Below, one piece after another: positions 57,486 through 64,000 of a stretch of 64,000 bases of DNA. The first letter of the stretch is position 1; each line of letters starts with the position of its first letter. The DNA is from the human T2T-CHM13v2.0 reference genome, Homo sapiens. Location of the stretch: assembly GCF_009914755.1 (NCBI RefSeq), contig NC_060932.1. One strand, written 5' to 3'. A program made the translations under genes and the position numbers. Below the pieces are notes generated by a model. The model had not been told where the DNA came from. It did no database searches and worked only from the letters and a program-made list of their open reading frames with translations.

Positions 57486-57904
57486 ATGCAAATTAATGAT
57501 TTTTTTAAAAATTTCAATCAGGAAAAGCAGCTTTGTAGTTGAAAATCCCATGCTGGCCCTAGAGTGGGAGTTTTTCCAGCCTCTGCTTAAATCCAAAAAA
57601 ATACTGCAATCTTCTGGCACAGGCTCACTGTAATGCTTTAAAAACAATTTAGCAACTGTCATTGCTGTAATTACAGTAACTAATTACCATCCTTAGCAAA
57701 CAAATAGCTTAACATAATACGCAAGCCGAATCAATTTTGAAGAAATGCAAATTCCAAAAGCGAAAAAGGGCATTTTGGCAAACCTGAAAGAGAAGCAGGA
57801 AAATAATACACTTTGTTTTATCTGCACATAATTCCCAGGGAATATCATATCATAAATATTTGCATTCAGTTCTTATCAGGACATTTGCATTTGCTTCTTA
57901 TCAG
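57486..57904. promoter_or_regulatory. Candidate enhancer: four octamer motifs plus GATA sites
   Basis: ATGCAAAT at 57486 and 57745, ATTTGCAT at 57858 and 57883, TTATCA at 57873 and 57898, in DNA with no repeat I recognise. Confidence 0.5.
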
Positions 57905-60900
57905 CGTGCAGACTGGACTCTGCCAGATAGAGAGGGGAGCGCCACACCATGCACATATTTCTAATGAATCACGTCTCAGGCCCAGAGAATATTTTGGCTG
58001 GAACTTTATCACCCAGATGAAGAGGTCATTTACTCTTCGAGTTGGTTCATCTTGGAATTGTCTTGAGATTTTGATGTGATTCACCCGACGCCACATTTAT
58101 TTATTTCTTTATTTTAGACAAACACTGGAAGCAGTTTTTTTACCAGAATATTTCTTCCAGAGGCAGCTATTCAAAGGACACATTTCCCCTCGCCTGCCAC
58201 CCCCTCCCCACCCACTCCTCAACTTCTGCAAAAAATAAAATCATGAGTAAATAACAACTGATTCTAATTATTTCTAATTCTGTACCAGGGTTGGCCATCT
58301 TTATTTTGTAGGAATCAATAGAGAGAATAAAAGCAACACGTAGAATAAATCAAGCCCTACTCGACCATCATTATCTGGAAATTTAGGGCCAAATCCTGTT
58401 GTAGTTCTCCAGGAGCACATTTGATCCTTAGTAAGGGTCTTCCTTAGTAAGAGGAGGCAGTGTTGCTGGCCCGGAAGCACCTTACTAATGAGACCATCAG
58501 ATTCCTCTAACAGTTTATCCAGATAAATCAATTTCTCATCTTATGATGAGTAACAGTGCATCTTACCCATGAGCACACATAAGGTCGATAAGGGAGCTGA
58601 TAGCAGCTTCTCATATGTGAATGAGAATTCCGTCTTTTTTAACTCTTGAATTATCATCTGACATGACACCCAGCATGCATTGGCTTGCTGCGCCTGAACA
58701 TAAAGCACTCAAGCAGTCTATTTTGTTTTGGCGAGAGAAGCAGAAATATTATTCATCTTGATTGGATCCTTTCTGTTGGGTCTTGCTGTTTAATTAAACC
58801 AGATCTGTGTTTTAGCTCTTTGGTAACATGGGGTTCAAATAGACAGGGATATTATATCCTTATGTAAAACAAGGGCAGGTTGGTGTCCAAGAATCATGGC
58901 TATGCAAGTAAAGATTTCTACAGGCGTGCTATTATTACACAATTTCCCCTGTAATTTTATCATCTACTTGATATTATTGCACAAATTCTGAGGTCAAACT
59001 TCAAAGTAAAACTCTGGATGGGATCAATCTGAGTACCAGGAATTCAATTTCCAATTATAAATTAAAATATAGGTATAATGGGAAAATTTCTCATTTATAA
59101 TAGTAGCAAAAATGCATTTAATTGTGCTTCATAGTGATTTTATTCATGAATATGGTCACTTAAACTTAATTTCACCTTTTGCCCAAGTAGAATTTCACTT
59201 TGATTTATTTGTTTAACATAAAAAGAGAACTTCTGGCTTATTATGATTCAAATGATTGACACATCTCTATTGGAATCCAGAAAATGCTATTTAAAATCTT
59301 ATAAGAACATAAACATCTCATGAAACTTTATTCCAATAACAGTAAAAGAAGTTTCTGTCAAATTATTTGTTTTAATTATACTTTTTCTTAAAAAAATCGT
59401 AGCTTTTTATTTTTCCCTGAATAGTGGTAACATAGGTATTTGAATATTTTTTATTTTGACATAAATTATTTCATTTAAAAATGTCTAGACACAGTTGCTC
59501 TGACTTTAAGAATTTAAAATATTATTTAAGTCTTAAATGAGCATTTTATAACATTCTCTTGTGAAATTATTTCAAGAATTTTCCAAAATTTAAATAAGAA
59601 ATGAAAATTTATGTCGAGATGAAAGGTTAAAATTATGTGGCATCTTAAAAGAAATTCACATGAAGTTGTCAGGACATTTATGTATTTTGTCTAAATTCAA
59701 CTTTTGTGTATATATTTACATTATGTGTTATGCTGTAACTCTAGGATGCATCATGAATTATATTTAAAAAAATAAAATATCCTACAAAAAAGTAAGAGCC
59801 TAGAGAAAGAATAACACTAAAATATATTTGTGAGACTCAATAATTCATCTGGAAAAGACTTCATATCTATCTTTTATGTTTTATCATTGCTTTTAGCTGT
59901 TTCTTTGAGGTGGGAAGAGCATATAGTTAAGAGCTCATTATCAGGGTGAAGGATGCAGGAAGTCCAAAATATTTATGTTTGTTCATGGCACATGGACAAA
60001 AGACAGTTCTCAGGAAAAGGGCTTTCTGATTAAGTGATTGAAAACACTCTGGGGTATTTTAATAACTTCTTCTATCCAAGAGATAACATCATCTTTGTCC
60101 TTATCACTGTTCTGAAACTTATTTTAAACATTCTCCTGTTCTCTTCCAATTAGATGCTCTGCTCTCTTGGCTTCCTGTGTCCTCACTGCAACTCATCTCA
60201 TTTGTTTGCTTTCTCATTTTTGTCAGCAGGTTGGGTGTAAAAGAGGCATTTAACAGATAATTGAAGGGACTTGCTTTCCAGAGTCAAATTCATCTACATG
60301 GCATTCAGCCATAGGCTTTCAGTGATAAAACATGGACATGTAAAACATCAACTTGTGATTTGTAAAAGCTTAAAATATTGATGATTGAACAGGGTTACAG
60401 GAGATGATAGAGGGGAATCTGTTCAATTTTCAATGAAAATTGATAATGCCCAAATAGGTAATATAAAATCAGATCAAACACTCAGGCAAAATTTATTTAA
60501 GGAAAACATATATATGGAGAAGTAGTTTATGTCTACATTTGCTCACGCCTTTGTCTAAAACTCTTTTCTCCAGACTTTGGTATTGCTGGTGGTTTCTCAT
60601 CATTCTGACTCAACCGAAAGGTTGCCTCTTTAGAGAAGCCTTGCCTGGCCATTCTAGCTAAAGTAGTTGCCTCCCACAGACACAGTCATTTTCTGGTTCC
60701 TGTTTTATGTATTTTTATTTACTTCATGGTGTTTACTGTTGCCAATAACTTATATGTGTTTTATGTATGGACGACTTTATAGTTTGCACTTAACTCCCTT
60801 CTGATGAGGTTTTCTGTTGTAATAAAAGTGTCTAGAATATTTCTTGGCACATAGTAAATAATCCTGTTTCCTTTTATTAAATAAAGGAATTTATTAAAAT

Positions 60901-60929
60901 CCAGGTGATGTGATTAACCTTTAAAAATA

Positions 60930-61095
60930 ATTTTTACAACGATCCTACCAGAAAGGTACTAGTAATAAACCAATCTCATAGATGTGAACATCTGAGACTT
61001 AGAAAGGTTATCAAAGGTACACAACTAATAGTCACTGGAGCTGGGACTCAATGTCAAGTCAACTCTGGGTTTCACAGCTCTTGCTCTTAATAACT
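60930..61095 (-). mobile_element. MIR fragment (an L2 3' fragment lies just upstream at about 60560-60860)
   Basis: ccaatctcatagatgtgaacatctgagacttagaaaggtta..cacaactaatagtcactggagctgggactcaa. Confidence 0.75.
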
Positions 61096-63297
61096 CTCCA
61101 TTTGCCTATATGAAAAATTTCAAATAATTTTATTTTCATTAGATAAGTGTATATTTTCATACAACCTGGAACAGAATTGCTGTAACTGAGTTTGGGGAAC
61201 TTTCGAGAGAAAATGACAACAGACCTTTTTGCTGCATTTTCAGAAGACATATTTATTGACCTTTGAGTTTCCTCTCTTTTGAGCATTCAAGCTTTCAGTA
61301 GCACATGGACCTGTGGAAACCCAGGTGACAGCTGTGACTTAGAAAGATCTTTTCCCTTTTGCACAAAGCATGAACGTTGCAAATTTTCCTCTCAAGGAGG
61401 ATAAGATAAAAGAAAATTAGAAGTGATATTATTCTAGAAGTATTCTGCAGACCAACAGACCAGACAGAGGATATGGATAAAGGTTTCCGAAGGCAGATTA
61501 CAAAACTGGCCTTGAAGAGAGGGGAAAATACACCCGTCGGAATGTCTGCTGAAGTCTTATTCTACAAAAAGCAGGGCATCTGATAAATGTTAGACTTGCT
61601 GACAACTCAGAAAGATGAATAAGCAAGGAAAGAAAACAATATTCTGGACCAAATTATGAAAGGACTGTTTTGTGATAGAGACATGATATAGGAAACTTTG
61701 TGGGAAGTAGTCAAATCATTTGAGACATTAGGTTAAAAGAGAGAAAGTGAGCATAGGAGACACTAAGTATTATATCTTAGGCTTTAGGAAATACATTGCT
61801 TAGAGTTTATAACAAGGGCGAGCCACATTTCATGGTCAGTGAAGTCAAAAGTTCATGTGGCTCAAGAGTGAATCTTTGAAAAGTCAAATTTCTAATAATT
61901 TAATCACAAATGAGAATACTTAAGCAGAAATGTGGTATCTAGTGTTCACAATGTGACCACAAAGAAGTCCTCTGATAAAGTCATCCAGTAGAAGAGCACC
62001 TACAGAAATGGATGGAGGGAGGCATTGGCCAAGTTGCTGGCAGGAGAGCAAAGTGGACTTATAGAAGAATGTCAGGAAGTCCAAAGTCCAGGGTGAAGTG
62101 TAAGTTTCAAGCAACAGTTGAAACTACCCAAAGGGCTTATTGCTTTCTGGAGAGTAAGAACAATAAATAGATAAGTTGATCTATAAGTGCTACCATAGAT
62201 ATATGCCCAAAGTAACAGCAGAATTATTTAGATCCTGCTTTGATTACATTCTTACCAGCAAGAAGGATCATCTTCAAGATGGACAGGTAGACAAGGATCA
62301 TTAAGAGGAAATAGATGCCCAGGTTAGATGAGCAAACAAATTGTAAAGAAATATCTATTAGCTTTATATGAGTAAAGGCCTAGATGAATAAAATTGTAAA
62401 GTGCCAGAGGATCATGCAGAGAACATCACAGTGTTACTCTGGGTGCTCTGTTTCAAAATCATAGCGGTTGAGAGACTTACGAAAGTACTGTAGTTAGGTA
62501 TATGACCTGCTTTTAGGCAGGGGAAAATGGTGGAATTTCTGAAACTTGACTGCTCAGTAAAATCTGTCACACCATGTCAATGTCTTTGGAACAATGATCA
62601 CATATGAGGTTTGTTAGTACTTATACAAAAAAAAAGTAGTGATACTAGGAACAAATATTGACACATGGATATTATCCATTTAATTTCCTTCTAAAATGAG
62701 GCCATTGGAGTGCTAGACAGAATGCATGGTAATGGTATATTTTTATTTCAGAAGGCGTTTGTTAGACAAAATAATTGAAGAAATGTTGGATAAGATGGAA
62801 AATGTGGCTTGGATGGATTTATCCTAGTAATGCTTTATCCCACACAAATGTTGTTGAAATGTTGATTAAATCAGAGTAGTTTTGATTGATGAGCTGCATT
62901 TTAGTTTACCCACCCTGAAAATTTGTGTTCACCAGATTTGCAGATGTCACAAAGTTGAATATGATGGCCAGTGCAAAGACTGCTTGGCTGTTCACCACTA
63001 ATATTCTGTTTACCTCTGTCATACCTTTGTGCCCTTGAACCTCCTAAATGCAGCTTACTCCAGAGGGAGCTATTGGACACTAGTGTCAAAGCCGTAGGTG
63101 CTCAAGAATGCAGAAACTTGTGAACCCTCAGTGGAATGTACCACAGAAGGTGGATTGCTGGCGCTTTAGTGCTATTCACTTTTTTGACTGAGACAGTAGA
63201 GCCTTTGTTTGTTTGAATCAATCTTCGCTGAGAATTATTTCTTTATCACTCTCTCTGTCTCTCTCTTTCCCCCTCTGCCAGTCCTTCCTGAAGCTGA

Positions 63298-63742
63298 TAC
63301 TGTAGATGCTCACCCAAATGTTCTTTAGTGAGCTGGTGCATCTTTCCCCTACTAGCTGGGAGTGTTGGCTGGGTAAATTCACAGCTGCTGCTTCCTCCAG
63401 AGAGTCATTCTTTGCTAAAGGAAACAACACCAAACAGAGATGCCTGGGACCTTAAGCCCCACTTCAAGGTGTGTCCTGCAGCCAATGACTGACTCATTTG
63501 TGGGTACAAAAAGCTGACCTCTGGCCTCAAGCTAGGATCATGGTGTGGTGTGATTTATGCTCTACAACTCTGCGCAGGTTCAGGCTGAAACTAGACTACA
63601 GTGGAGACTCCTTCTTTGATTAGCTCCTTCCCTTCTCTTATCCTATTCTCCCTGCTTCCTCCCTTCTTTCTCTTGAGATGCCTCCCTCAAATATCACTTG
63701 CACAAGAATCAGCTCTGCCTCTAGGGAAGTGGACCTAAGGAT
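63298..63742 (+). mobile_element. ERVL solo LTR (LTR33/LTR16 group)
   Basis: gctgggagtgttggctg, ctgcagccaatgactgac, gtggtgtgatttatgctc..caggctgaaactagact, atcacttgcacaagaatc..ctctgcctctagggaa..acctaag. Confidence 0.7.
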
Positions 63743-63884
63743 CCCCTCTTTCTCTCTTTTCCTTTTCTTTCTCTTTCTCACTTTCATCATGGCAAATAAG
63801 GTTAATCCATGGCAACACTACTCTGTAGTTCTGTCTGTAACCTAAAAGGAGAGGTCACTTAAATTAGCATTTTGCTCAGTTAGC

Positions 63885-64000
63885 ACTATTTCTGGGTTTG
63901 GTGTCAAGAAACACCTGGGAGGTTTATTAAAATGCAGATTCTTGAGCCTCATTTCAGAATTGCTGACTCTCTGGGGTAAGACCCTGGAATCTGTATTTTG
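63885..64000. mobile_element. MER5-type hAT-Charlie DNA transposon (cut by the window end)
   Basis: cacctgggaggtttattaaaatgcagattcttgagcctca..cctggaatctgtatttt. Confidence 0.8.

Overview
AT-rich mammalian genomic DNA, almost certainly from a simian primate (it carries a THE1 LTR and L1PA elements). I recognise no protein-coding gene, tRNA, rRNA or CRISPR array. Much of the window is decayed interspersed repeat: a near full-length L1PA with target-site duplication (18673-24202, minus), several old L1M pieces, MaLR/ERVL solo LTRs (MLT1, MLT2, THE1, LTR33-type), L2, MIR and microsatellites. I saw no Alu. Repeat families were assigned by eye from remembered consensus sequences, so subfamily names and most boundaries are approximate. 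The longer ORFs with recognisable protein similarity are broken L1 ORF1/ORF2 fragments. The best unexplained structures are (i) an A-B'-A'-B inverted duplication forming a palindrome with 150-bp arms (14191-14550), (ii) a 110-bp copy of downstream flank inserted inside an MLT2 LTR (33184-33293 vs 33966-34075), (iii) four perfect octamer (POU) motifs with a duplicated octamer-GATA composite (57486-57904), and (iv) several plus-strand exon-like segments, including a three-exon 68-codon frame and an 18-nt microexon candidate. I found no convincing new biological system; these are leads to test.
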